From positions 170 to 64,169 of the forward strand of contig JBDRUF010000001.1 of NCBI GenBank assembly GCA_039801245.1: DNA of 64,000 bases. The letters are read 5' to 3'. Shown in pieces: positions 48,904-58,842 of the stretch. The notes under the pieces were generated by a model. It saw only the letters and a program-made list of their open reading frames with translations, was not told where the DNA came from and searched no databases. The stretch's first letter is position 1. Each line of letters begins with the position of its first letter. This stretch comes from a candidate division WOR-3 bacterium. Lineage in GTDB: Bacteria > Hydrothermota > Tepidihabitantia > Tepidihabitantales > Tepidihabitantaceae. The translations under genes were made by a program, and so were the position numbers.

Positions 48904-49740
48904 ATGAAAATCGGCTTGGTGATTAACTGGAATAAAAAGCGGGCAGAGGTTTTTGTCCCGAAGTTGGTGAGGTGGTTGGAGGGGCAAGGGGCAGAGTTGA
49001 TTGTCCTTGACTTGCCCGCAAAAGGGTTAGGAGCCAAGCCGGCTGATAAGGAGAGGATAAAAGCTGCCGATTTGGTTGTGGCGTTGGGTGGAGATGGAAC
49101 CCTCTTGCGTGCTGTAAGGATGATTGGCAAGGCAGAGAAGCCGATAATGGGGGTTAATCTTGGTGGGCTGGGTTTTCTGACCGCATTTTCTATCAATGCC
49201 GCCAGAGCCGGGATAAAGGGGTTCATCCGCGGGGATTATGCTGAAGAGCGGCGGATGCTATTGTCCGCCCGTCTGGGCAGGAGGGTTGGGTATGCCTTGA
49301 ATGATTGTGCGGTGAATATGGGTCCTTCAGGCAGGGTGGTGGAGATATCGGTTTACTGGAAGGAGCGGTTCGTGAACAAGTTTAGTGGCGATGGGATTGT
49401 GGTGGCAACCCCTACCGGTTCAACCGCCTATTCCCTCGCCGCAGGTGGTCCGGTGGTATTTCCGACAATGTCCGCATTTGTATTAACACCGCTCTGCCCG
49501 CATGCCCTCGCTGCCCGTCCGGTTGTGCTACCTGCAGATGAGCCGGTGGTGATGGAGCTCACCGGTAAATCGCAGAAGGCAATCGTTACCCTGGATGGGC
49601 AGAATCGGTGGTTAATAAGGTTAGGTGAGCACCTGACAATCAGGAGAGCAGATTTCGCGGTGCGATTGGTTGTGCCCAAGGGTGAATGTTACTTTGATAT
49701 CCTGCGTAACAAACTTAAATGGTCAGGGAGCCAGCGTTGA
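48904..49740 (+). CDS. nadK: NAD kinase
   Basis: GGDGTLLRAV and NDCAVN motifs. Internal ATG at 48904 (MKIGLVINWN); the longer ORF from 48775 overlaps prmC. Confidence 0.85.
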   Translation: MKIGLVINWNKKRAEVFVPKLVRWLEGQGAELIVLDLPAKGLGAKPADKERIKAADLVVALGGDGTLLRAVRMIGKAEKPIMGVNLGGLGFLTAFSINAARAGIKGFIRGDYAEERRMLLSARLGRRVGYALNDCAVNMGPSGRVVEISVYWKERFVNKFSGDGIVVATPTGSTAYSLAAGGPVVFPTMSAFVLTPLCPHALAARPVVLPADEPVVMELTGKSQKAIVTLDGQNRWLIRLGEHLTIRRADFAVRLVVPKGECYFDILRNKLKWSGSQR

Positions 49741-50351
49741 GCCAGGAAAAGGGTGGATTAAACAGCGCAAGGATTTTAACCATTCCCAATATCTTAAGTG
49801 TTTCCCGGCTGATTTTTTTGCCTTTGGTGCTTTTCTTCCTGTTCCGGCATCAGAGTGTCGCAGCGATAGTTGTGATGATAATCTCTTGGTCAACCGATGC
49901 GCTTGACGGTTTTCTCGCACGGCGTTTAAATCAGGTCTCGGACACGGGCAGGGTGCTTGACCATTTGGTGGATAAAATCTGGGTAGCCGCAGTGCTGGTA
50001 ACATTAGTTTTTATCAGCGATTTGCCGTTGTACCTTGCCGGCGCGGTCATTGCCCGGGATATTTTAATACTTGCCGGTAGCGCAATTGTGATGAAGGTGC
50101 GCGGCTCTTTGATCTCTTCCGATGTAGTGGGCAAGATAACAGGTTGTGCCTTTGCCCTGTTAATTCTTTTTTATACACTTTATGCCGATACCGGCAATTC
50201 CGCGGTTGGTCAAATTCTGCCCTATCTTACTCAATTGAAACCGTTTGCTGATTACACCGTCCTGATTCTGATTGTGGTTTCGTTCTTGAACTATCTTGTT
50301 CTCTTCCTCCGGATAATGGTCAGATTCCATCTTCCGGGGGAATCAAATTAA
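49719..50351 (+). CDS. pgsA: CDP-diacylglycerol--glycerol-3-phosphate 3-phosphatidyltransferase-like (PgsA family)
   Basis: DALDGFLARRLNQVSDTGRVLDHLVDK matches D(x)2DG(x)2AR...G(x)3D(x)3D. Confidence 0.7.
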   Translation: MVREPALSQEKGGLNSARILTIPNILSVSRLIFLPLVLFFLFRHQSVAAIVVMIISWSTDALDGFLARRLNQVSDTGRVLDHLVDKIWVAAVLVTLVFISDLPLYLAGAVIARDILILAGSAIVMKVRGSLISSDVVGKITGCAFALLILFYTLYADTGNSAVGQILPYLTQLKPFADYTVLILIVVSFLNYLVLFLRIMVRFHLPGESN

Positions 50352-50360
50352 GAGGTTTAT

Positions 50361-51458
50361 TTAAGCAGAGCCGCGGCTGATTTTCTTGTAGGCTTCAGCA
50401 AAATATCCTAATACCCTTCGCATCTCCGCTTTTGTTACCGGTGCCATATGACCAATTCGCACAACCTTCCCGCGCAATTCTGCCTGGCCATTTGCCAGCA
50501 GAATTTTGTGCCGTTTTTTGCAGTATTCAACAATTTTAGTGCCGTCAACCTTTTCCGGCAGGCGGATAACGGTCAGGGCGTTAGATGGACGCTGGGGAAA
50601 GATGCTTAAACCCAGTTTCTGAACCTCCTGGCGGACAAAACTGGCAATCTGTTCCTTTTCCCGCCAGTTGGTTTTAATCCCTTTGCGGTTAAGTTTTTGC
50701 AGAGCGAAATTTAGGGCATAAAGAATTGATATTGCCGGTGTCCAGGGTGTCTGACCCTTTTCGGCAAAGTTTTTGTACTGACGGAGGTCAAAGTAGAAGC
50801 GGGCGTTGCGATTTTTCTCCACAACCTCCCAGGCACGTTCGCTCAGGGCGATGAAGGATAGCCCTGGTGGAACCGCGAGGCATTTCTGGGAGCCACCAAG
50901 GACGACATCAACACGCCAGGCATCCATCTGTAACTCATCAATACCAAGACCGGCAATGGCATCAACAATGAGAATGCGGTTCAATCGGTGACAGATTTCG
51001 GCAAAGGACTTTATGTCGTGAACGACCCCGGTTGAGGTTTCGGTGAGGGTGGTGAAGACGCAGCGGGCAGCGTCGTTGCCTTTCAATTTCCTCTCCAGTT
51101 CATCAGGGGGGATCGTTTCTCCATAAGGACGGGAGAGCTCATCAACATAACCACCAAAGCGGATGGCAAGTTCCCGCCAGCGCTCGCCGAACTTGCCGGC
51201 ATGCGCCACGATTACCCTTTCATTGGGATTTATCAGATTGGCGACCGCTGCTTCCATCGCGCCGGTGCCTGATGCGGTTAAGATGTAAACCGGTCTTGAG
51301 GTCAGAAATACCTGCTGCAGGCCTTTTACGACCGAATTGAGCAGTTTGCCAAACGACTCCTCTCGGTGATATATTAGGTCATTGGCAAGGGCTTTCAGAT
51401 ACTCTTTAGGGACCGCTACCGGTCCGGGCGTATAAAGTTTGTATTGCGGTTTAATCAT
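50361..51458 (-). CDS. Class V (AGXT/serine-pyruvate type) PLP-dependent aminotransferase
   Basis: MIKPQYKLYTPGPV start with an aaggagac RBS. The ORF-table start at 51581 is over-extended. Overlaps the upstream gene by 8 nt (ATGATTAA). Confidence 0.75.
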   Translation of the reverse strand: MIKPQYKLYTPGPVAVPKEYLKALANDLIYHREESFGKLLNSVVKGLQQVFLTSRPVYILTASGTGAMEAAVANLINPNERVIVAHAGKFGERWRELAIRFGGYVDELSRPYGETIPPDELERKLKGNDAARCVFTTLTETSTGVVHDIKSFAEICHRLNRILIVDAIAGLGIDELQMDAWRVDVVLGGSQKCLAVPPGLSFIALSERAWEVVEKNRNARFYFDLRQYKNFAEKGQTPWTPAISILYALNFALQKLNRKGIKTNWREKEQIASFVRQEVQKLGLSIFPQRPSNALTVIRLPEKVDGTKIVEYCKKRHKILLANGQAELRGKVVRIGHMAPVTKAEMRRVLGYFAEAYKKISRGSA

Positions 51459-52701
51459 ATAATGTCTCCTTGCTTTTCTTAACGGCACAAAACTCGCCAC
51501 ACATTGTGCAGGCATTCTCGGTATGGGAACGCTGCACGGCAAAGATTGTTTTTGCCCGTTCAGGGTCGATACTCTTGGCAAGCATTTTTTTCCACTGGAG
51601 GGCGGCGCGATAACGGGAAAGGTCTTTGTCCCATTTCAGCGCCTTGGGATGGTGCCGGGCAATATCGGCAGCGTGAGCGGCAATGCGAGCGGCAATTACC
51701 CCTTCCCGAACATCCTCAATATCCGGCAGACCAAGGTGTTCCGATGGGGTAACGTAGCAGAGAAAATCGGCACCAAGCCAACCTGCGACTGCGCCCCCGA
51801 TTGCACCGGCAATGTGGTCGTAACCACAGGCGACATCGGTCACGAGTGGACCGAGGACATAAAACGGGGCACCGTTACATATGGTCTTTTCGAGCCGAAC
51901 ATTGGCTTCAACCTGGTCAAGGGGAATGTGTCCGGGTCCCTCCACCATTACCTGCACACCAGTGGCTCGTGCCCGCTGGACAAGTTCGCCGATGGTAATT
52001 AGCTCTCGGATCTGGGCTTCGTCAGTGGCATCTGCTATGGCACCTGGGCGAAGACCGTCACCAAGAGAAAGGGTGGCGTGATACTCCTTTGCCAACTGGA
52101 GAAGTTCGTCGTAATATTCGTAAAGTGGGTTTTCCTTTCGATTGTAACGCATCCATTCAATCATCATCACACCACCCCGGCTGACAACACCGCAGAGTCT
52201 GGGTCGGGACAAGAGCGGTTTGATATTTTCTTTAGTAATCCCACAATGCACGGTGATGAAGTCCACGCCATCCTCGAGATGCTTTTCGATTACTTTGAAT
52301 ATTTCTTTGACAGTGGCTTGGGGAAACGATCGGTGGTGTTTCCTCGCTTCCAAAGCCACTTGATATATCGGTACCGTTCCCACCGGCACCGAGGCTGAGT
52401 TCAGGATGGTTTGACGCAGTTCGTCAACATCCCCACCTACCGATAGGTCCATTACCGTATCAGCGCCAGCCGCAATTGCTGTGCGGAGTTTTTCCAGTTC
52501 CATTTCGATGTCGATTCTGTCTGGTGATGTCCCGAGATTGGCATTTACTTTAACCCGCATCTTTTCACCAACCGCTACAGGTGCTATCCGTCTCTTTTTA
52601 TTCTTCATTATCACCACCCGTCCAGACTCAACCAATTTCATTAACTCTGTAGGTTTCACACCCTCTGTGCGAGCGATGAGTTCAATCGTTTTTCTGTCCA
52701 T
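51451..52701 (-). CDS. thiC: ThiC-family radical SAM enzyme (phosphomethylpyrimidine synthase ThiC or BzaF-like paralogue)
   Basis: GADTVMDLSVGGD, PFYVLGPLVTDVACGYDHI and the C-terminal CTMCGEFCAVK (Cx2Cx4C) cluster. Confidence 0.8.
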   Translation of the reverse strand: MDRKTIELIARTEGVKPTELMKLVESGRVVIMKNKKRRIAPVAVGEKMRVKVNANLGTSPDRIDIEMELEKLRTAIAAGADTVMDLSVGGDVDELRQTILNSASVPVGTVPIYQVALEARKHHRSFPQATVKEIFKVIEKHLEDGVDFITVHCGITKENIKPLLSRPRLCGVVSRGGVMMIEWMRYNRKENPLYEYYDELLQLAKEYHATLSLGDGLRPGAIADATDEAQIRELITIGELVQRARATGVQVMVEGPGHIPLDQVEANVRLEKTICNGAPFYVLGPLVTDVACGYDHIAGAIGGAVAGWLGADFLCYVTPSEHLGLPDIEDVREGVIAARIAAHAADIARHHPKALKWDKDLSRYRAALQWKKMLAKSIDPERAKTIFAVQRSHTENACTMCGEFCAVKKSKETLYD

Positions 52702-53515
52702 TTTTCAGTTCCTCTACCGTCACGGTCTGTTCGGTGCTGTCACCATAACGCAATGTTACTTGTTTGGTCAAATGATTGACCGCGATTACCGTAGCGATGC
52801 CATAGGTGGTTTCGACCTGTGAACCCACAGATGGATAACTAGCAACTTGATAATCACTTTTTTCAAAACTGAGACAACAGAGCAGTTTTCCGCATAATCC
52901 GGAGATCTTGGTTGGTTCCACAAAGAGGTTCTGCTGTCGCGCCATCCGCAGCGTAATTGGTTTAAACTCCTTGAGAAACTGTTTGCAGCAGACAACCCGA
53001 CCACAGATACCCAAACCACCAAGCAAACGGGTGTGGTCACGGACACCAATCTGTTTTATTGCCACTCTCATATTGAGCGCTGAGGCGATGGCTTTATGAA
53101 GTATCCGGAAGTTCAATCTTTCCTCGGCAACAAAATAGAAGCAGATTTTTCTCTTGTCCAGTCGCAAGTGAGCGCCCACGACTTGCATATCGAGTTTATA
53201 CTCATCACGTAACTGGCGGAAAAGTTCAATCGCCTGTGCTACCTTGGCATCAAGGGCTGCACGGTTGTGGAGGTCCGTTTCTGTTGCCCGGCGCTGGATA
53301 ACACCCTCAACCGGTCTTATACCGGCAGGGGCGAGCGCAACCAGTCTGCCCATATCTTCGCCATCATCGTCCCCGACCACAACCCAATCCCCCGGTTTCA
53401 CTTCGAGTTCTGGTGGTAAGGCACACCAGTCTGCTTTAAAAAGATTGAACTGAACAAGACCTATCTGTTTGCCCTGAGGATGGAGGTGCGATTCTGAACC
53501 AATCGTTGCTTCCAT
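52682..53515 (-). CDS. PSP1 C-terminal domain protein (YaaT/RicT-like)
   Basis: GICGRVVCCKQF...ISGLCGKLLCCLSFE paired Cys motifs. 20-nt overlap with the thiC start. Confidence 0.6.
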   Translation of the reverse strand: MEATIGSESHLHPQGKQIGLVQFNLFKADWCALPPELEVKPGDWVVVGDDDGEDMGRLVALAPAGIRPVEGVIQRRATETDLHNRAALDAKVAQAIELFRQLRDEYKLDMQVVGAHLRLDKRKICFYFVAEERLNFRILHKAIASALNMRVAIKQIGVRDHTRLLGGLGICGRVVCCKQFLKEFKPITLRMARQQNLFVEPTKISGLCGKLLCCLSFEKSDYQVASYPSVGSQVETTYGIATVIAVNHLTKQVTLRYGDSTEQTVTVEELKNGQKND

Positions 53516-53525
53516 AAAATTTAAT

Positions 53526-54800
53526 TTAATGAAATTCCTCCTGTTCCTGAGGTGTCAAGAGGTGTTCCAACCCGGTTGATGGTTCATCAGGACTATTGCT
53601 CCAGACAAGCCGGTAGTTCCCATCCCCGCGCAGGTCAATAAAGATGAATTTAAGTCCCTCTTGGTAATAAAACCAGTACTCTCGTGGTTTAATTTCCATT
53701 TCGATGGTCTTTCTCTCCACTGCGTCCGGTTCACCATATTTGACATATATTCTGCCCCGGTCGGTTTTAACACCGGGGGTCCGGGCAGTTTTAAAGCGGT
53801 TTTCCGCTGTTTCCATTCTGCGCACAAATTCGGTTAAATTATGCCTTGACCAGAACCAGGCGAGGTATGCCTCCTTGCCAGAGTCAGAAAGGGTTTGATA
53901 GTAGGCAAGTTCACCAGGGGTGGCGATATATTGGAGTTCACGATAATAGCGTTCCTCTCTCGGAGTGATGGTAAACTGGTAAGGTTGGTGATCACCTGTG
54001 GCTCTGATTGTAGAGGCAATCGTCAGTTCCCTTTCACCGTGCAGGGTCTGGTTAGAACTGGCGTCAGAGACATCGATGACCAAGAGGTAGGAATCTGGCA
54101 TTAGGCTATCAATGGTGAGCTCCACACAAACAGCACCTTTCCAGGCGGTTTTCCTGCGGGGGATGGGGGCGGAGCTGAGAAGGGTGTCTCTCCTATTGGT
54201 TTTAATGAGATGGTACCGAACCTGATAGTCCTGAGAATCGGGCTTCAAACCATAGGTCTCGAAATAGGCATAGATTTTTCTTCTCTCGCCAGAGAGAAAA
54301 CGTCTGCCGGGATTAGGGATGACCGCAAACCCGCCGGTTGTGCTGTCGGTAAAGATACCGCTCCCGAGTTGAATTGAACTCAAAGCCCCCCCTTCATTAA
54401 AGTTCGGGACTCTTATTGTATCGATTACCATGCCACTATGGACGGAGTCAAAAACAGTTATCTTGACCTCATACAAGCCAGGTGAAGCGATGACGCTGAA
54501 CTGGTCGATGAAGGTCCTCTGGGTAGCCGCTGCCTCCTGAAAGCTTCTTATGCGAGCGCGCTTTTGAATTGTGCCCGATTCCCGAAATTGGTTGTCCAAC
54601 CCATTCATTTCAAAACTGACATTAAAAAAGGCTGTCAAATAGTCTTCTATCTCTTGGAAGTTTAACTGGTCATAGGCGATCCCGTAATAAAACTCGACTC
54701 GGGCTGAATCACCCTGATGGTGAAATAGCGCCCAGTCAAAGTCAAACCTGAGGGAGTCGAAGGCGGCAAATACGAGAAGGGGAATCAAAACAGGAGGCAT
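53526..54800 (-). CDS. GWxTD-domain protein (paralogue A)
   Basis: C-terminal GVKTDRGRIYVKYGEPD. Signal-like N-terminus. Paralogous to the upstream gene. Confidence 0.5.
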   Translation of the reverse strand: MPPVLIPLLVFAAFDSLRFDFDWALFHHQGDSARVEFYYGIAYDQLNFQEIEDYLTAFFNVSFEMNGLDNQFRESGTIQKRARIRSFQEAAATQRTFIDQFSVIASPGLYEVKITVFDSVHSGMVIDTIRVPNFNEGGALSSIQLGSGIFTDSTTGGFAVIPNPGRRFLSGERRKIYAYFETYGLKPDSQDYQVRYHLIKTNRRDTLLSSAPIPRRKTAWKGAVCVELTIDSLMPDSYLLVIDVSDASSNQTLHGERELTIASTIRATGDHQPYQFTITPREERYYRELQYIATPGELAYYQTLSDSGKEAYLAWFWSRHNLTEFVRRMETAENRFKTARTPGVKTDRGRIYVKYGEPDAVERKTIEMEIKPREYWFYYQEGLKFIFIDLRGDGNYRLVWSNSPDEPSTGLEHLLTPQEQEEFH

Positions 54801-55969
54801 TAATTTCCTCCCTGTACGAGGACAAACTGCCCTGACCCGTATCGGTCGACAAAGATAAAGGTTCGGTTCTCTCGATAATAATGCCAGATTTCCTCAGCCG
54901 GACGGTCAATTTCAAACGGTCGGTATTCAATTTGGTCAGGTGGTCCGTAGGTAATATAAATCCTCGCCCGATCACTTCTATATCCCCGGTCACCTTTGCT
55001 ATACCGCTGTTCACAATAATTAATGCGTTCAAAATACTCCTCTTCTCTTTCATTGAGTTCGGTCGATGGGTTGGGGTCCTTGTTCTGCCAGAATTCATCC
55101 CACGCCTCTTTTCGGAATTCCTTTTTAGTCTTTTTAAGTTTTTTCATCTCCTCGTAGGTGGCAATATAAAGCAACTGGTCTACCCTTGCTGACCAAAGAC
55201 TGTCATCAAAATAGAAGGGTAAATCAACCTTAAACTCAACCGTGCCTTGAGGAGTAGCTTGAGAAAACGGTGACACCTCCACAAGATAAACCCCGGAACT
55301 TAACCGATAGCGGCTTGAGGTATCAACTACCGGCAAGCGAAACTCCGCCTTTTTTACCCCCGCTGATTCTACCACCATGAGTTTCTCCTGGATGATATTT
55401 CTGCCCCCGCTTTTGATGGTGAGTCGCAGACTATCAAAATGATATTCAGGAGGAATTTGGGCAAGGATTTGGATAGTGTCGTTAAGATTGTAGGTGCGAC
55501 TGGGATTTGGTTGGCTTGATTTTAACAGCCGCAAGAGGAAAGTACTTGATTGCTTTTCCAAGGGAAATTGGGCAACTGCCCGGCGTTCGCTCCTTAAATC
55601 AGACAGGGTTATCACTGCGGCCACAGCGGTTTTGGGAATCGGCACTCTGATGATATCGCTTGTAGAGGAGTCGCGACTTATGGTCAAATTGTAGTCAAAA
55701 ACCTGAACACGGCGTTCGAATACCTCAGCGCTAAGGATATTTTTATGCCGGTCAAATAGTTCGAGTGTCAGGCGGTAATTGGCACTAAACCCGGTGGTAT
55801 CCCTTATAAAGGAAAGGGAGGAATAAGGGATTTCATAGAAGATTTCCAGCGAATAGTTATTGCCCGTATCGGGATAGAGCAAATAATCCAGGTTCAGCCT
55901 CAAATTGCCTTGGAATACGGGCTGAAGGAAGATAAGGAGGGGTAACGGTATGCCGATAAAGGTATTCAT
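54800..55969 (-). CDS. GWxTD-domain protein (paralogue B)
   Basis: C-terminal GYRSDRARIYITYGPPD. Same architecture as paralogue A. 1-nt overlap. Confidence 0.5.
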   Translation of the reverse strand: MNTFIGIPLPLLIFLQPVFQGNLRLNLDYLLYPDTGNNYSLEIFYEIPYSSLSFIRDTTGFSANYRLTLELFDRHKNILSAEVFERRVQVFDYNLTISRDSSTSDIIRVPIPKTAVAAVITLSDLRSERRAVAQFPLEKQSSTFLLRLLKSSQPNPSRTYNLNDTIQILAQIPPEYHFDSLRLTIKSGGRNIIQEKLMVVESAGVKKAEFRLPVVDTSSRYRLSSGVYLVEVSPFSQATPQGTVEFKVDLPFYFDDSLWSARVDQLLYIATYEEMKKLKKTKKEFRKEAWDEFWQNKDPNPSTELNEREEEYFERINYCEQRYSKGDRGYRSDRARIYITYGPPDQIEYRPFEIDRPAEEIWHYYRENRTFIFVDRYGSGQFVLVQGGN

Positions 55970-56029
55970 CGTCCAGTCTTATAGTTTAAACTATCCATTA
56001 GTAAAGTCAAGGAGGAAAGGTTTTGAGCC

Positions 56030-56692
56030 TCACTGCCGAAATTGCCGGAGGAGGTGTTTTATCCTGTTCAGTTGCTCCTCGTAACCCCTGCCACTCAATG
56101 CCTCTGCTGCCGCCTCTTCGGTTGCCGGGTCTGGACTTTGAACCCTGCGGGCGATTGCCTCAAGTCCCCGTGGGTCGCCGATGCGTCTTAAAGCGATGAT
56201 TGCCGCCCTGCGGACATTAAAGTCAGGGTCGTCAAGATGCCGGATTAAGGGCTCAACCGCCTGATGTCCGCCGATTCTTCCCAACCCTTGGCAAGCAGCC
56301 TTTCTCACCAGAGGGTTTAAAGAGTTGGTGAGTTCAATCAGCGGTGCGATACCGCCTTGACCAAAATCAGCGAGCGCTCGGACCATCGCCATTCTTACCT
56401 CATCTTGGGGCTCTTTTTCTGCTCGCTGGGCAAGATGGGGAAGCGCCGTCTCATCCTTGATTTTAGCCAATGCGAGCGCGGCGTTAAGCCGGACAAGAGG
56501 TATAGTGTCGGCAAGTAGTTCTATTAACAGGGGCACGGCATTCTTATCTTTTAGTTGCCCGAGCCTTTCACAGGCTTTTGCCCGCTTCATCGGGTCAGGA
56601 GATTTCAAATCTCTACGAAGGCGGTCAGATGGAGATGAACAGCCTGAGAGTAAAAGGAGAATCGCGGTTAACGCCGGTAATCTCCAAGCCAC
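56030..56692 (-). CDS. HEAT-repeat (PBS-lyase-like) lipoprotein
   Basis: Lipobox LLLLSGCSS. About five HEAT repeats of the form ...VR..A..ALG.IG....V..L...L.D. Confidence 0.6.
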   Translation of the reverse strand: MAWRLPALTAILLLLSGCSSPSDRLRRDLKSPDPMKRAKACERLGQLKDKNAVPLLIELLADTIPLVRLNAALALAKIKDETALPHLAQRAEKEPQDEVRMAMVRALADFGQGGIAPLIELTNSLNPLVRKAACQGLGRIGGHQAVEPLIRHLDDPDFNVRRAAIIALRRIGDPRGLEAIARRVQSPDPATEEAAAEALSGRGYEEQLNRIKHLLRQFRQ

Positions 56693-56780
56693 TGTTATAT
56701 TTTAAAACAGCATTTTTAATGGTCAAATGGAGAGATGTTCTTTACCTTGACATCGGAATTTAAGATTATATTATCCATAC

Positions 56781-58841
56781 GTGGAAAGTTTTTTATTGGA
56801 AATCGGCACCGAGGAGCTGCCGCCCGGGGTGATCCCGGGCACCGCTGAAGAACTTAAGCGCCGGGTTGTCAATATTCTCCAAGAGAATGGCATTGGGTTT
56901 GGTGTCAGCGCGGCGCTTTTTTCACCACGGCGGCTGGCTGTTTACATTAAAGCGGTGGCAAAGGAAAAGCCAAGTGCTGTGGTTGAGGTGCAGGGTCCGC
57001 CCAAAAGGGTCTCTTTTGACAGTGATGGTAAACCGACAAAGACAGCGATGGGTTTTGCTGCGGCTCAAGGGAAGAGGGTGGAGGATTTGTTTGTCAAGGA
57101 GACGGCAAAGGGTGATTATGTGTTTGTTAAAAAGGAAATCCCGGCGGTGCCAACAGCGAAAATCCTTGCCGACCGCCTTCCCGAGGTCATTGCCACCCTG
57201 CCTTTTCCCAAACTGATGCGTTGGAATGAAGGGAACTTCCGTTTTTCCCGGCCGGTCCGCTGGATTTTATGTCTCTTGGGAAGCGAGGTGGTGCCATTTT
57301 CAATTGAGGGTGTCGTTGCTGGGAATGTGACCTTCGGTCACCGCAACTTTAGTGAGCAGCCGGTAGCTATTTCTAAGGCGGATGATTATGAGCAACTGCT
57401 TGAAAGTTATAAGGTTGTCGTTAATCCCTACCGACGGAGGTCACTCCTTCTTGAGCGGCTGACAGAACTGGCTGCAGAGGTTAATGGTTTGATTGTGAAG
57501 GACGAGGAGTTGATTGAGGAGACGGTCAACATCACCGAGTTCCCTGTGCCGATTCTTGGCAGATTCGAGCCCCAGTACCTCAAACTGCCCCCGGAGGTGT
57601 TAACAACCGCACTGAGGATGCATCAGCGCTGTTTTTCGGTGGCTGACCGTGATGGCGGGCTTTTGCCCTACTTTATTGCGGTGGCGAATACGCCGAATTG
57701 TGACCAGGGTTTGGTCCGCAGAGGGTATGAGCGGGCGATTGAGTCGAGGCTCAGGGATGCGCTGTTTTTTGTTGAGAACGATTTAAAGACCGGGCTGGAA
57801 TCTTTGGTTGAAGAGGAGCGCCGGGTGGTCTGGATTGAGGGGTTGAGCAGTTATTATGAAAAGACGATACGGCTGCGGCAACTTGCCTCATTTATTGCTG
57901 AATCTGTGCCTGATGCGGACAAGGCTCTCCTTGACAGAGCGGCGTATCTTTGCAAGGCGGACCTTTTGACCCAACTGGTAAGGGAAAAGGAGTTTACCTC
58001 CCTGCAGGGTGTTATGGGTGGTATTTACGCCCGGCTCCTGGGTGAAAATGAAATGGTTGCCCAGGCAATTGGTGAGCACTATCAGCCCAAAGGTCCTGAT
58101 GATGGGTTGCCAAAGACGGTCTTAGGGGGAATTTTAAGTATTGCGGACAAGGTTGATAATATCATCGGCACCTACCTTACTGGCAACATCCCCACCGGTT
58201 CAGAGGACCCATTTGCGGTGCGCAGGCAGGCAAGCGGTTTGTTGTTGATAATCCTTGAGAATGGGTGGCAAATCGCTGTTGACGAGTTGGTACAGAAGGG
58301 GTTGGAGTTATTTGGGCGCGGGGATGAAAAGGTCCGGGATATGGTTTTGCAACTCCTGCAGGAGCGGCTCGCCGCTATTCTCTCAGAGAAGGGGGTCAGG
58401 TACGATGTTGCCAATGCGGTTTTGAAAACGGTCTGGCATACCCCTTCAGAGGCGCTTGCCCGGGCACGGGCTCTTCAAAACCTCCGCACGAGCCCGGAAT
58501 TTTCTATGCTGGTGATAGGTCAGAAAAGGGTTGCCAATATTCTCCGCGGGCAGGAGGTTAGTGGATTGCCTGAGCCGAAGTGGTTTGCTGAGGAGGCGGA
58601 GAAGCGGCTCTGGGAAAAGGCGAGAGAGGTTGAGCCCGAACTTGAAAGGATGTTGAGAAAAAGGGATTATGATGCCGCCCTGAAGATTCTCCTTTCATTA
58701 CGGGAGTCAATTGACCGGTTTTTTGATGATGTCCTGGTGATGTGTGAGGATGAAAATTTGCGGCTGAACCGGCTCAGGCTTTTAAACCTTGTGCGGGGTT
58801 TGTTTGCAAGGGTTGCTGACCTTTCAGAAATTGTTCTCTGA
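56781..58841 (+). CDS. glyS: Glycine--tRNA ligase beta subunit
   Basis: MESFLLEIGTEELPP N-terminus. Full-length GlyS with the anticodon-binding C-terminal domain. glyQ is not adjacent. Confidence 0.9.
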   Translation: MESFLLEIGTEELPPGVIPGTAEELKRRVVNILQENGIGFGVSAALFSPRRLAVYIKAVAKEKPSAVVEVQGPPKRVSFDSDGKPTKTAMGFAAAQGKRVEDLFVKETAKGDYVFVKKEIPAVPTAKILADRLPEVIATLPFPKLMRWNEGNFRFSRPVRWILCLLGSEVVPFSIEGVVAGNVTFGHRNFSEQPVAISKADDYEQLLESYKVVVNPYRRRSLLLERLTELAAEVNGLIVKDEELIEETVNITEFPVPILGRFEPQYLKLPPEVLTTALRMHQRCFSVADRDGGLLPYFIAVANTPNCDQGLVRRGYERAIESRLRDALFFVENDLKTGLESLVEEERRVVWIEGLSSYYEKTIRLRQLASFIAESVPDADKALLDRAAYLCKADLLTQLVREKEFTSLQGVMGGIYARLLGENEMVAQAIGEHYQPKGPDDGLPKTVLGGILSIADKVDNIIGTYLTGNIPTGSEDPFAVRRQASGLLLIILENGWQIAVDELVQKGLELFGRGDEKVRDMVLQLLQERLAAILSEKGVRYDVANAVLKTVWHTPSEALARARALQNLRTSPEFSMLVIGQKRVANILRGQEVSGLPEPKWFAEEAEKRLWEKAREVEPELERMLRKRDYDAALKILLSLRESIDRFFDDVLVMCEDENLRLNRLRLLNLVRGLFARVADLSEIVL

Positions 58842-58842
58842 A

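Noticed and set aside
52702-52760. Search for a TPP riboswitch upstream of the ThiC-family gene
   Set aside because: No leader exists, because the start is overlapped by the upstream PSP1 gene. No GG...CUGAGA-type TPP motif was seen in the intergenic segments of this operon.
56747-56774. TTGACA-16-TATTAT promoter-like sequence directly abutting the glyS GTG start
   Set aside because: It would place the TSS at or within the start codon, giving a leaderless mRNA with a GTG start, which is unlikely. It may serve the divergent operon or be fortuitous, so it is not reported as a feature.
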